A DNA stretch of 64,000 nucleotides from Schmidtea nova (lineage: Eukaryota), in NCBI GenBank assembly GCA_044892505.1, contig CM097882.1, positions 118,296,001 to 118,360,000 on the forward strand, in the 5' to 3' direction. The first letter of the stretch is position 1. Each line of letters opens with the position of its first letter. This document shows, in pieces, positions 24,361-37,585 of this stretch. A program made the translations under genes and the position numbers. The notes below the pieces were generated by a model. It worked only from the letters and a program-made list of their open reading frames with translations. It had not been told where the DNA came from and did not search any database.

Positions 24361-25572
24361 TCTGTTAAAGTTTCTAATCAAAATCGAAAATAATTCTAAT
24401 AATGAATTTTAAAAATTTTTAATATTACTGCTAATGTCCTGTGTTAGGTCAGTAAGCGATATGATACTTTGTTTTTTTAGACAATAAATCAAAATTATTT
24501 TTTTCTTTTTTTCATTGAATACAATTTTTTGGGACTACCTTTTTGGGACTAGAGTTTTTTTCAATTTTTTTACTTTTAGTAACAATTGAAAACGAAAAAA
24601 TAATTTATTAAATTTCAGACTTAAAATATTTTAGTTGGAAACTGAAAACTGATAGCAATTGAAAATATAAATACATTTAAAATATTATTAAATTGAATAA
24701 AAGTCCCAATGAGGAAAAGATGTAAAAAATACAAAATTATTAAAAAGTGCATTTACTCATTAATCATTGTGAAACAAACAAACAATAAGTTGGTTTGACG
24801 TTTAAGGATTTAAAAATACCTGCGCGGGATAAATTTGGATTAAAACTCGAGATCGAAAAGGTTTCATGTAGAAAACCCGAAAATGTATAAAATCCACACA
24901 ATGATGATGTAACATGAAATTCTGAATATTTAGTTGATTGATATTGAAACTATTGTAAAACCTGTGATATTTGATTAATAAAATATTTCATTTGTTGGGT
25001 GTGTATTATTGATTTTATGGAAAAGAACACTGGAGTCATAAAGCTACTGATATTCGACTAATATTATAATAAACCCAAAAACTTTCATAAATTTTCAAAG
25101 AAAATATTACTAATCCAGCTCTTTAGGTTATAAAAAATGGAGATAAATTGTATTAAAAAAATTCAATCATTATAATTAGGTTTCGAGAATTTATATACGT
25201 CCTGTTTCGAGATATTACGGTTCCCTCTCATTACCAAATAAGGCAGAGTACTGCTAAATAGCCGCCTTAAATTTCGCTAATATTTGGATTGACGTTATTT
25301 TTTGAATTAAGGAAATTCGAATAAAGAATTAATGGTTTTCAACAGTTCGAATCTTACATTGAGAAGGATCTTGAATCAATTTCGAGTGAATTTAATAGAA
25401 AGATCCGAATACAAGGACGAAATTCGATGGGCTTTTCAACTGAGCAATGGGGAAATATACTTGACAAGAGATTTTGAAAATGATCCTTATCAAATCCTTC
25501 ATCCTACATGTCGAGCCCAAGTAATCTTTACCAAATTATAATAAAAACAAACTCATTCATTAATTCACTGGT

Positions 25573-25833
25573 TTGTTCCAGATAAATTGCTTGAAATTTT
25601 CAATGGACGCTTCGATGATCTGTGCGGGTTTCGAAGGTAATTTGTATAGGTTGTGGAAGATCAAGAAGGGTATTTCTGTGTGTCGTTTTCATTCGGTTCG
25701 TGCCCCGAAATTACTGAAAGATTTATTTTTCACAGGTGACAATAAGTTTGTTATTATTGTTAATTATTCCGGATCAATTGGCAATTCTTCCGAATGCGTC
25801 CTCAGCAGATTTAATGGATCCCAATTACAATAG
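25573..25833 (+). CDS. Possible exon or pseudo-exon of a WD40 beta-propeller (Atg18/WIPI-like) protein
   Basis: INCLKFSMDASMIC..EGNLYRLWKIKKGISVCRFH..LKDLFFTGDNKFV resembles PROPPIN blades; TTCCAG acceptor at ~25582; lacks FRRG. Confidence 0.35.
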   Translation: MFQINCLKFSMDASMICAGFEGNLYRLWKIKKGISVCRFHSVRAPKLLKDLFFTGDNKFVIIVNYSGSIGNSSECVLSRFNGSQLQ

Positions 25834-27076
25834 ATTTTCTTCAATTTCTTTTTGCTTCAGATACCATTTTTAATATTAAATTTTTTGTTTGACTTGACCG
25901 TTTGTCGATTAAATTTTAATGGTAAATTAAACGATGAAAAAGTGTGACGCGTGAACACTGATTGATATAATCAAAATGAATTAATAAATGACATTTGCGT
26001 ATTCTCAGGGATATTTCTCCTTGTTTAAACTTTTACCGAAAAAAAATATCTGTGCACTTGTTTTAATAAGTCTAAATTGAAGGGAACATTGAAATTCCTG
26101 ATCCGATAACACAAGTTTGGTTTAAAATTCATTCTTGACATTGCTCAGTACTGAATGGCCTGGATAATGAGCATTTCGACATGTTTAAGGAATTCACTTG
26201 CGGTTTACGTTTATAGACCAACAGAATTATGTGAAAAATCAGAACAGCTCTTGTGGGTAAACGATAAAGAAAAGTTTTAAGTTGTAGGTGTGTGTGTGTG
26301 TGTGAAAGCTATAAAGATATAAATTATAAAATGCGAAAACTTGCGTTGGATCTGATCAAGGAAATTCAAAGGTTCAATGCAGAGAGGATATAAATGATAA
26401 AAATGATTATAACCTTATAGTTTTGTTTGTGTTGTGGCTGTATTTTTATTATTTTTATTATCATTATTATTATTTTTTATTGTTGTTATCGCTACTGTTG
26501 TGGGCGTCCGGTGAGACACAGGATAACCCCCCTTGTTATCTATTTGCTGATTGTTTTTCCTTAAATACAAAATTTAAAAAATAAAAATCAATTCCTATAG
26601 TAATTAAATTACTATAGGAATTTGAAAAATTAAGAAATCGTTAAAAAAGCAAACAATTATAAAATTAAAGAAATTATCAAAAACTGAAAACCATATTGAC
26701 AGAATTTGAATCGTGACAAAAGAAGAAAACAACGATTGAAAAAAAGGATTGTGAAAATTGGAAATTTTAGATAAAATAACTGATCATTTTACTTCGTGAG
26801 AACCGATATTCTACTTGTTATTTTTTAATAAAACTTATTATTTTGTTTGTTAAAAATTGTAAAACAATCAACCACACGCACTTACACGCAATGAGTGTAA
26901 GTGTAAAAAACCGACATACATTTCACTCCAACTGTACCAACACCTTTTTTTATCGGAGACTCTGTTGGGTTCTATAGCTCTTCTTATCCATAAATATAAT
27001 CGCACAAATACCAGCTTTGGAATTAATACAACTATTACTATAGCTATCGCATATAATTAAAATTAATATAACAAAT

Positions 27077-27090
27077 TGGTGTCAGAAGCG
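27077..27090 (+). promoter_or_regulatory. Primer-binding site (tRNA-Leu type)
   Basis: TGGTGTCAGAAGCG 3 nt after putative LTR end; TGGTGTCAGAAG is the common Leu-tRNA PBS of Gypsy elements. Confidence 0.65.
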
Positions 27091-27319
27091 AAAAACATTA
27101 GAAACACATTCGACGAAATTTTTTTTTCAAATCACCTTTTCTTTTATAGTTATTATAAAACTATAAAGGAAGGTGAGATCTTTTGACCGAACACAGTAGG
27201 TCATATACTTTTAATAAACTCAAGTTTGTTTTCACAATCAAATATCACAAAAAAATAAGTAATTTAAAGAGCACAAAAGCTAATCTTGTGATTAACCCAA
27301 TCCCAAACTTTTTATCAAC

Positions 27320-28611
27320 GAAAACGGTTCTGTACTAGCATGGTTAAAACTAGACAAATTGACATTATCGTTGAGCGGTATAACCTCACCAAGACTAATA
27401 TGCTCGCAAATTATAACGGCACTCCCAAGCAATATACGCAAAACATATGCCGATCAAATAGACAAGATCTTAAATAGTGACAACCCATTCGAAAAACTGT
27501 GCAGCATATTAACAAATATTAATATACCAAATAATAAACAAATGCAAGAATTTTGCCCCAATAAATATATACCAAATAATTTCCCAAAACCACTAAAACA
27601 GAATTCGGAGTACGTCCAAACAAAATTAGCAAACTTTGACCTAAACGAACAGGGATCATACCAAACATTAGCTACTAAAGATAACGAAACTGAAAATAAA
27701 ATGGTGGCAAGCATGGTCCATAAAATAAATGCAGGAGCTTACCCCAGTATTAACAGCACACATGACAACAAAAATAAAATACCTAACCATAAACAAGATG
27801 AGAATGAAAACGAAAAAACAGAATTTAACGAAACAAATAAAATCCTAAATAACTTAATAAGGCAACTTGACAAAATAGCAACTGAAAATAAAAGGTTCAA
27901 ACTTGAACTAAATGAAATTAAAGAAAAAAACCTAAAACAAAACTACTATCCAAATCAAACATTATATAGGCTCAACAGGCCAAAGCCAAACTCAAGAAAT
28001 CAACATCAAAACTTTCAGAACAATAAAGACAAAGAAACTGGAAACAGAAAGAAAATCTGGAAACCAGAAATCAGACTAGCAAATCAAGAATTTTGTTGCT
28101 TCCATTACAAATTTGGAGAAAAGGCATTCAAATGCACAAAACCGTACAGATACAACAAAATAAACTCAGAAAAATTGAAAAGTTTGCCAGTAGTTGCTCC
28201 TACATTTGACGAAATAAACACAGAAAAACTGAAAACGCTACCAGTAGTTGCACCTACATTCGACAATAAACATTACGCTTTTACAGTATGTTCAAATAAA
28301 ATAGAATTCCTAGTTGACACAAGTTCAGTGATATCACTACTACTACATATTTTGTACAAAAATGCAAAAAGATCAAAACAAACTACTTACTGCAGCCAAT
28401 GGATCTAACATAAAACTTTTGGTGAACACGATATAACCCTAACAATAAAAAACAAAACTTACAAATGTACATTCCCGATAGCCAAAGTTCAACAAGCAAT
28501 AATAGGTGCAGATTTTCTATCAAAATACAATTTTCTGGTCGACTACAAAAACAAACGACTTATAGAAAATTCAAACGCAACAAATTTACAATACAACATG
28601 ATATGTGAAAC
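27320..28611 (+). pseudogene. gag: Gypsy gag + aspartic protease (frameshifted)
   Basis: AW..GITS..IITALP..D.I..PFEKL gag N-terminus; CCFHYKFGEKAFKC knuckle; FLVDTSS and IGADFL protease motifs. Confidence 0.75.
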
Positions 28612-28856
28612 TAGGGTTTGCAAATTACCCGAAATCTTAATACCCGGGTAATCGAGTATTATTTTGTTTAAATACCCGGGTACTCGGGTACTCGAAAAAA
28701 AATTATTTTATGAATAAAAACAAAGTAAAGAACTAATTTTTAATTAATATAAACAAAAACAAAACAAATTCATTTATTCAACAAAAAATAAAGAAAAAAT
28801 TAATAGTGAAATTTCACAATACATAAGTATAAATACAAAAATAACTACAAAAATAA

Positions 28857-29110
28857 CTAATTATTTTTATTAAAATAATATTTTAAAAATACCAATGCGT
28901 TAACAGTATCTGTGCCTAATCTATTGCGTACTTTATTAATAGTATTACTAGCAACTGAAAATACCTTCTCAGATGATGTTGATGTTGGGCTTATTGACAA
29001 TAGAGCTTCATATAAATTGTTCATATTGCTACTAAAACTATGATTCAATATGTACAGTTTGATTAAAATACAACTTTTTTTAACTTATTAGACAAATCCA
29101 TTGAATATTT
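28857..29110 (-). pseudogene. hAT transposase C-terminal dimerisation domain
   Basis: LYEALLSISPTSTSSEKVFS...RNRLGTDTVNALVFLK. Confidence 0.8.
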
Positions 29111-29949
29111 CCTTGAATCAATTTATAGTTTTATACACTTCTACGGAGGAAATAATGTTTTATCATTTTACAACCATTTTGTATCATCACAAAGTATCCA
29201 AAATCATTGCTTAATAAATACAGGAATTGTCAATATCTTTACTATTTTGTATTAAATTTACTCTGAAAATAATTAAATTATGTAAAAATGATTAATATTT
29301 AAGGAAAATGAAAGAAAATATACATGTTCTTGAATATCACAAGTGAATGACACAAGAAATACAAGTGTAATTAAGTTTCAATACAAATGCAATCAAGTTG
29401 CAATACAAGTGCATGACACATGCATAACATGACAGTACAAGTGTTTCAAACATGCGTCACAGTGATTTATATCAACAATTCAGACTTGAAATATGATAAG
29501 TAGTCGAACGTTTCTATCAGAACCCTAGTAGCAGAACCTTGCTAACAGAACACTAGTAGCAGAACATCTTTTGTGATGGTTTTTATCTGCAAAAGCTTAT
29601 TACTCGAACATTTATTTAATTATTACTGTTACAATTCAACTTCATTCAACATTAATTGTTCTAATATTCTCACCCATTAATATTTTCTACATTGCTTTTA
29701 AAATATCTATTGGATTTTCTCACTTTAAAGTAGAACCTACTGTAATGTTTGAAAGATTTATTTTCACTCATAATTCATTATTGTTATATTTTCATCAATT
29801 TTATTCAGTAGCAGAACATTGCTAACAGACCATTGCTAGCAGAACCTTTAGTAACAGAACATCTTTTGTGATGGTTTTTATGTGCAAAAGTTTATTATTC
29901 ACACATAATAAAATAACAATCATTAGCATATAAGCTTCGATCAATGTAA

Positions 29950-32150
29950 CAGACAAATTGTGAAAGCATATTACATTTACTGATACACTTTTAATGACAA
30001 TTATTATGTGAATATTTCTTGTTTGATGAATTTCTATGTATTTTGATGAATTTCAATATATTTTTGATATTGTGTGGGTATATTCTTGTAATTGCACTAT
30101 AGAAGGATGATATTTCATGTATGTAATGATATTTCATGATGATATATTATGTATTTAATGATACTTTGTGATGACATTTCATATATATTTCATATTTTGT
30201 ATGTATTTCTAATATTTTTGCACTATAATGTGATAATATTTTGTGTATGTTTGTATTTTTGATATTTTGTACGTGTGTCATGAATATCTATGTATTTTGT
30301 GATGACATTTCATATGACTTATTTTTAATATTTTGTGTGTATATTTTTGATGATTTCTATATATTTTCTTTCTCAATGTTATCAAACTAGTAAGATAATA
30401 TTTGATGTATCTAATGTCACTTTGTGAATATTTTCATGTATTTTCGCTATAGTATGATGACATTTCATGCATTCGATCTCATTTTAAAGTAGAATTTACT
30501 GTAATGTTTGAAAGATTTATTTTCATTCATATAATTTTCATTAATTTTATACAGTAGCAGAACATTGCTATCAGAACCCTAGAAGCATAACATCTTTTGT
30601 GATGGTTTTCATGTGCAAAAGCTCATTACTTGAACATTTATTACTGTTACATTATAGATTTATGATATATGTGATTATATTTTGTATGTGTAATGAACTT
30701 TTGATATTTTGTACATGATGATTTTCTAAGTATGTGTATATGATTTTCTTTGTGTATGTAGATATTTCTTTAATGATTATTGTTGTGAATTTGATTAATT
30801 TTTGTATCTTTTTGATGATTATCTATGTAATTGCACTATAGTGTGATGATATATTGTGATGATATCCTTTGTATGATGCATTCTTTGAAATTATGTATGT
30901 ATTTTACACTAGTATGATAATATTTCATTCATTTGACTATAACATGACAACTTTTCATGTGTATGATACCCTTTGTGTGTGTGTATATGATATAACTTTT
31001 AATATTATGTGTATTTGCATTATAACATGAAGATATTTCTTGTCCGTATTTGCATTAAAGCATGATGACATTTTATGTATGTAAAGATATTTCACATGTG
31101 TAATGATATCCTTTGTGTATAGGATTTATTTCTATGTACTTTTGATATTTTCTATGAAGATATTTCATGTATGTGATAATTATAGTTTATCTATGTAATG
31201 ATACTTGTACGTATTTTGATGATTTTCTATGTATTTTTATGTTATCAAACCATAATATGATAATCTTTTGTTTGTATTTTTAATATTTTCTTTGTGAATC
31301 TTGGATATTTTGTGATGACATTTCATATATTTTGTATGTATTTCTAATGTTTTTACACTATAATGTGATAATACTTTGTGTATATGCTTTTAATTTTGAC
31401 ATTTTATTTGTATTTTGCATTATGGTACAATAATAATATTTCGTACATCTGATAAGCTTTTGTGTATATATTTCCACTAGTGTGATAATATTTCTTTTTA
31501 TGATTATTATTGTCTGTATTTCTAGTATTTATGATAAACTTTGTATATAATTTGTGTGTATGATGATTTTTTGTGATGAAATTTCATGTATCGTATGATA
31601 TTTCATGTATATAACGTTACTTTGTGATAATATTTCATGTAATGATATTTTGTGTGTATTTTGCATTATAGTATGATAATATTTTGTGCATGTGATAATC
31701 TTTTGTGTAATAATATTTCATGTGTGTGTGTGATGAATTTCTATATATTTTGTGTGTATGATTCTCAATAGTACGTAGATATTTCTTTCATGTGATAACC
31801 TTTTGTGTAATAATATTTCATATATGTAATGTTATTTTATATGTGTGTGTGATGAATTTATATGTATTTTAGATATTTTGTGTGTATTTTTAATGATTTT
31901 CTATGTTATTAAACTATGTTATTAAACTATATTATGATGACATTTTGTATGTAGTTTGCATAATAGTATAAGAATATTTGATGTATTTAAAGATACTTTG
32001 TTCTGATATTTCATGTATATATATATTTCATATATTTTTGATATATTTGTACTCTAGTATAAAAATAATTTGTGTAAGGATCTGTATAGTATGATAATTT
32101 GTCATGTATTTACCTGCTCAGTGTGATGATATTCATATTATTAGTCTAAA
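29950..32150. repeat. Degenerate TG/AT-rich low-complexity tandem region
   Basis: Recurrent TGATGATATTTCATGTAT-like words; no ORF. Confidence 0.6.
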
Positions 32151-32550
32151 TTAATAGTGTGTTTACGAACCTGAAAATATTTCCAGCTTTGAGATATATA
32201 AAATATAACCACATGTGTGTTAGTATATTTGCAAGTGGTAAAGTAGTTGTATTAGGTTTAAAAACTAGGGATTATTTAAATATAGTTGATAATATTATTA
32301 TCGATATAAAATAAATTATCGAAGATAAAGCCTTTGTTGATTTTATAATAACATGTGACTCATGATTGCAATAAATCTGCAATATTAATGCACTATTCTG
32401 ATTGGTCCAGTGTGTATATCGATAATAAATACATGTTATGCATACTCGAATCTGATTGGTTCAGTGTGTAATATTTTGTACATGCCTTGTGTTTCTATCG
32501 TATATATATACAATTAACATTTTGCTATCATTTATATTCACAATCACAAA

Positions 32551-33243
32551 ATGCCCGAGATAATGAAATATGGTAAATTTTAAAGTTTACTATTTTTTCA
32601 TTTTTATAATTTTTTCATTATAGAGAAATTAATTTCCGTACTTTACGGTAAACTTGAGGAAATCTATCCGATGCTGATGCCGAAGCTGACCTATGTAGCA
32701 CCGGAGCTCTTTCCCTACAAAATTCAATGCCTGACTGGGATCGATATTCATCAGGTCTTACTGGATCATCTGGCTAATCGGGACAGTGAAATGCCATATA
32801 TGGCGGAGCACATCTTGTGCGCATACCAATGCGGCCATTGTATGGACCGTATACAGAAGTATCGGGTCTGGATGTTACGAAACGCCCTCCACCAATTTGA
32901 AATGGATTCCAAGAAATTGGAAAAAATTGACGAGGAGGACGAGATTCCAAAGCAATGGCCAAATTCAACACCCGAAGCGTCGGATGATGAAAAATCGCCA
33001 GATTGGGATAAATCGCATGATTGCGATAAATCGCATGATTGCGATAAATCGCATGATTGCGATAAATCGCATGATTGCGATAATTCACCTGATCATTTAG
33101 ATGAATTGCCAGAATTACAATTATCTTTTGGTTGTTGGACTCCTATGGATCAATGCGACGAAAACAAATGTATTGAATCGCCTCAATCGCCTGATTGCAA
33201 TCAATGCCATCGCAAGCTTTCAAATATAGAGATTGCAGAATAA
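32551..33243 (+). CDS. Spliced ~213-aa Cys/His-rich acidic hypothetical protein (exons 32551-32572, 32624-33243)
   Basis: 51-nt GT-AG intron extends ORF 32671 to MPEIMKYEKLISV...; CAYQCGHC motif; 18-bp repeat DKSHDC x4; GC-richer than flanks. Confidence 0.65.
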
Positions 33244-33803
33244 ACATTATAAATGTTATATGTTTTTATTTATTTGTGTATTTTCATTTTATGTAGACAC
33301 ATTTTATGTATTCACATTTTATTATTTAATAAATCTTTTATTATTGTTATTTTAGTTTTTTCTGTTTCAGTTTCTTATTTTGTTAATGAGTTATTTATTC
33401 GGTTTTTAAATAAATTTTTTAAATAATTTTAAAATAATTTTTAATTAGTTTTTTGAAATGAAATAGGTTTACTAGTAATTTTTATTAAGTTTTAAATAAG
33501 TTTTATTTAAATGAATTATGTTTAATAGTAAGTTTTATAAATAAAGACAATTTCAATAATAAATACATATGCATCAATTAATTACAACAAAGTCATGTAT
33601 TCCAAAATCAGTTTCAACAAAATAAACATACATGTATAATTAACACACGAAAAAGACATGCAACAAAGACATACCTGCAACAACGACATGTATGAAGACA
33701 TGCATAACATGTGCAGTTAGAATGCGTCATTTTGATTGGGCAAAGGTATTACTCATCATTATAAATACAAAGACATTTAGTAGAGATTGTCACAATTTCA
33801 AAA

Positions 33804-34220
33804 ATGCCAGCACGTAAATCAACTTATGATATCAGTGAAGAAAGAAAAATCAATAATGAATTGAAACCAGTGCAAATGTATTACGATTACAAAATTTATT
33901 TCTTGGTACAAGAAATACCGTTTCGTTTGTCGTATCCAGTGAAATTAACAAAGTCATTGTATGACAATTTAGCTGCAAATCTATGTAAAGAAGATGTTGT
34001 TGCACTAAATAAAATTTTATTTAAAATCAATAACAATTTAAGTTGCAAGGAAACTATATGGATCAACAACCGAAAAACACGTTTCCATGATGCGTTTCAA
34101 TCTATCGATTACAAGGATCAAGAAAATTGGTTTATTACCATAATCATTCAGGGATATAAAATCGATACAAAAGATGTTATAACTCCGATTTGGAGAATTG
34201 ACAGTGCACGATATGCATAA
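33804..34220 (+). CDS. 138-aa hypothetical protein, paralog of the 148-aa gene
   Basis: Intact ATG-TAA ORF with upstream ATTGG and TATAAATA; PVKLTKSLYDNL~PVTLKQCMYNL, ITIIIQGYK..VITPIWRI~IKIMIQGFK..VVKPVWKI. Confidence 0.7.
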   Translation: MPARKSTYDISEERKINNELKPVQMYYDYKIYFLVQEIPFRLSYPVKLTKSLYDNLAANLCKEDVVALNKILFKINNNLSCKETIWINNRKTRFHDAFQSIDYKDQENWFITIIIQGYKIDTKDVITPIWRIDSARYA

Positions 34221-35109
34221 ATGTTATTTTATAAATGTTATATTCAATAAATTTTAGTATTTTCAATTTTAGTTTTTTTTTTTTTTTTTTTTGATTGTTC
34301 TATTTTTTATAAGGTTTTTTATAAAATTTTNNNNNNNNNNNNNNNNNNNNNNNNNNNNNNNNNNNNNNNNNNNNNNNNNNNNNNNNNNNNNNNNNNNNNN
34401 NNNNNNNNNNNNNNNNNNNNNNNNNNNNNNNNNNNNNNNNNNNNNNNNNNNNNNNNNNNNNNNNNNNNNNNNNNNNNNNNNNTTATNNNNNNNNNNNNNN
34501 NNNNNNNNNNNNNNNNNNNNNNNNNNNNNNNNNNNNNNNNNNNNNNNNNNNNNNNNNNNNNNNNNNNNNNNNNNNNNNNNNNNNNNNNNNNNNNNNNNNN
34601 NNNNNNNNNNNNNNNNNNNNNNNNNNNNNNNNNNNNNNNNNNNNNNNNNNNNNNNNNNNNNNNNNNNNNNNNNNNNNNNNNNNNNNNNNNNNNNNNNNNN
34701 NNNNNNNNNNNNNNNNNNNNNNNNNNNNNNNNNNNNNNNNNNNNNNNNNNNNNNNNNNNNNNNNNNNNNNNNNNNNNNNNNNNNNNNNNNNNNNNNNNNN
34801 NNNNNNNNNNNNNNNNNNNNNNNNNNNNNNNNNNNNNNNNNNNNNNNNNNNNNNNNNNNNNNNNNNNNNGAGAAGAAGAACGCGCGTTCCACGCGCGTTC
34901 AATGCGTACTGTTATTTGTCTTAAACAACAAGAGGAGAAGAACGCGCGTTCCACGCGCGTTCAATGCGTACTGTGATCCTTATTAAACACTAAGATACGT
35001 GTGCAAAAATTATTATTACAAGTTTTATTAGTCTTTGTTTCGTTGCACATGGATTGCAATGTCTTTGTTGTAATTCAGGTAGGAAATAGAAAAAATTATA
35101 ACACACACA

Positions 35110-35700
35110 CACACACCATAATTACCTTTCGAATGATATGTATATTATAAGGTTTGAATAAGGATTTGTAACACACACTCGTCTGGCAAATTGTAACACA
35201 CACACTCATCTCACAATTACCTTTTGTTTGATATACATATTATATAGTTTTAAAAATTTGAACCTTGGACCCTTTAAGGGTATGACCATTGTGTGCACCC
35301 TTCAATTACCTTTTGTTTGATACATATATTATATAGTTTTAAAAATTTTGAGTCTTGGACCCTTCAAGGGTCAACCACCCACCTTCGAGGGTTGACCATC
35401 ATACTCAACTCTCAATTACCTTTTGTTTGATATATAACTTGTAATGTTTAAAATTATTTGAAGGATTTTGACCCCTTGAAGGTTGAGCACACACCATACA
35501 CCTTCGAAGGTATGACCATTGTGTGCACATCGGTATTACCTTTCGAATGATGTATTACACACAAGGTTTGAAAAATCTGAAGGTTTTTGACCCTTTGAAG
35601 GTTAAGGACACACCATAGACCCTCGAGGGTATGACCATTGTGTGCACCTCTCAAAGACCTTTCGAATGATACCCTTGTTTGAAGGTTTGACCTTATTTGA
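35110..35700. repeat. About six degenerate 90-120 bp tandem units in second TIR
   Basis: ATTACCTTT...GACCCTT..AGGGTATGACCATTGTGTGCAC recurs. Confidence 0.75.
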
Positions 35701-35736
35701 CCTTTGGAAATTCAAATTCAAAATTTGAATTTGAAA

Positions 35737-35966
35737 TGAGTCATCGATGACGTCATAAAATTCAAATTTGAAATGAGTCATCGATGACGTCATCGATGAG
35801 TCATGCCGATGAGTCATCGATGAGTCATGCCGATGAGTCATCGATGAGTCATGCCGATGAGTCATCGCGATGAGTCATCGATGACGTCATCGATGAGTCA
35901 TAAAAAAATTTTCCTAACCCCCCCCGGGGGGGGGTGACGTCATTTCCTTTGTTCTGCGATGACTCA
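35737..35966. promoter_or_regulatory. Array of AP-1 (TGAGTCA) and CRE (TGACGTCA) consensus sites, 24-bp period core
   Basis: Counted 11 TGA(G/C)TCA and 4 TGACGTCA in ~230 bp. Confidence 0.6.
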
Positions 35967-35987
35967 TGCTCCACATAACTGCCTACT

Positions 35988-37585
35988 GTTATAGATTCGA
36001 TACTTTTTTGTAAATTGTAGTGTTCAGCTTCTATACGTTCATCATCCTCTATTTCAATTTCTGACTCTTCATCAATTTCACTTTGATTACTTCCTCTTCT
36101 AAAAACAGCCTGTAAAACATTTATTTTGCAAAATTCTTTGTAATAAATTTTGAATAGTTTAAAAAATCATTTTCATTTTGTTTTGGAAAAGTACCATGGT
36201 GTAAGAATAATAGTAATGATATTAATTCTTTATTTCTACGTTTTTCAATTTCAATCTTCAATATTTCAAATAAATTCACCGAAAATTTTGTATTAATTTG
36301 CTTCAATCTTTGGAAAACGTATAACATTGTACCTTCTGCTGTCAATAAATTAGCACTGTCTTTACTCAGTTGTTCTACAGCTAACATGGTTGGCTCAAGT
36401 GTAGTTGACACACTTTTTAAAACACTAACATAATCTTCATTAAAACATTGGAAACCAAGTTCATCTAATGCATTATTTATGCAATTAATTAGTTTTAGGA
36501 ATCTATTTATAGATTAAGCCAATGAGTTCCAACGTGTTGGTACATCTAATATCAATTTTAGTTCATGTACTTATTGTTGTCGTACATGTTTTAATAAAAT
36601 TTCTGTTCGTATTGATGAATTTCTGAAAAATTTAATCATTTTTCTCATTTCGTATAATGCTGGTTTAATATCTGAAATTAAGACATGATTTTGTGAATTT
36701 TCTACAATTACTAAATTTTCGTCATCTTCTTGGTCATCTCCTTCGTCTCCACAGAAAAGCTCATCCTCATCATCTTTTTCAACATTTGCAATATCATCTG
36801 AATTAATCTTTTTATATATAACTTTAAGTACAGCCAAATGTACAGCATGGTTATAACATAGCTGTTTCTCAGCGGTAATAAGTGAACAGTATTTAACCAT
36901 CACGCTGGCACTATCATTTGTTGAAAGAACAATATCTTTCCTTAGACTTACACCAAATTCTCTCAAAATATTTCCCACCAATTCTTTGGTTTTTTCAGCT
37001 GTACACTTTTCTGTGATTGTTACTAAGCCAAGAGCAAACTGTTGCAAATTCGATGACCGTAAATTAACATTCAAATATCTCCGCATTGAAATGTCTGTCC
37101 ACTCATCAACGGAAATACTAAATTTTCTTCTTCAAACTTAATAATTTCTGTAATTCGTTTTTTGTTTCAACTTTTTTTTCCTCAAAAAAATCTAATATAT
37201 TCTTGCGAACTGTATTGCAGCTTCTCGGCATATTATAATGGCGGCTCGCAACATATCCTCTAATTGCATCAGAATGAACAATGGCATTGAACGAAAATCC
37301 ATCCTTGGCTGCGCATTTTGATAAAATTTCATTCAAACTTTCCTTTTTTATGAAATTCGTAATTAATGAATTAGATGACTTATTTTGTTTAGATGTTGAA
37401 GCCTCAGAATTTAATTTATCAAAGTTGCTTGCATTAATAAAAATTCTGTGAAGTTTTAGATGGTTAATTAAACCAGTAGTATTTCCCCCCTTACAACTTA
37501 GTCGTGCTCCGCAATCATAGCATTTAGCTTCGCCTTTATCTATTTTTTGAAAATGATTCCATGCTTCAGACTTTCGTTTGCTCAT
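35988..37585 (-). pseudogene. hAT transposase, BED finger + catalytic domain, frameshifted
   Basis: WNHF..AKCYDC..NTTGLINHL (BED); VDEWT; STNDSASVM; CYNHAVHL; DVPTRWNS. Confidence 0.9.

Larger units (their letters stand above)
29140..35987. mobile_element. Second Polinton-like family insert within the hAT transposase; right terminus clear, left boundary uncertain
   Basis: Ends ...GCCTACT (reverse AGTAGG) at the point where hAT coding resumes; repeat-rich TIR-like end 34870-35987; shares a gene and CAGAAC motif arrays with the first family; no left TIR or TSD found. Confidence 0.55.

Noticed and set aside
34870-34975. CRISPR array
   Set aside because: Only two repeats are visible, the context is eukaryotic and there are no cas genes; kept only as an unresolved repeat.
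34269-34986. ORFs spanning N runs (also 9424-9679, 10981-11226, 22603-22873)
   Set aside because: Artefacts of ambiguous bases.
35602-35865. ORF MTHRHDSS repeat
   Set aside because: Translation of the 24-bp tandem repeat.
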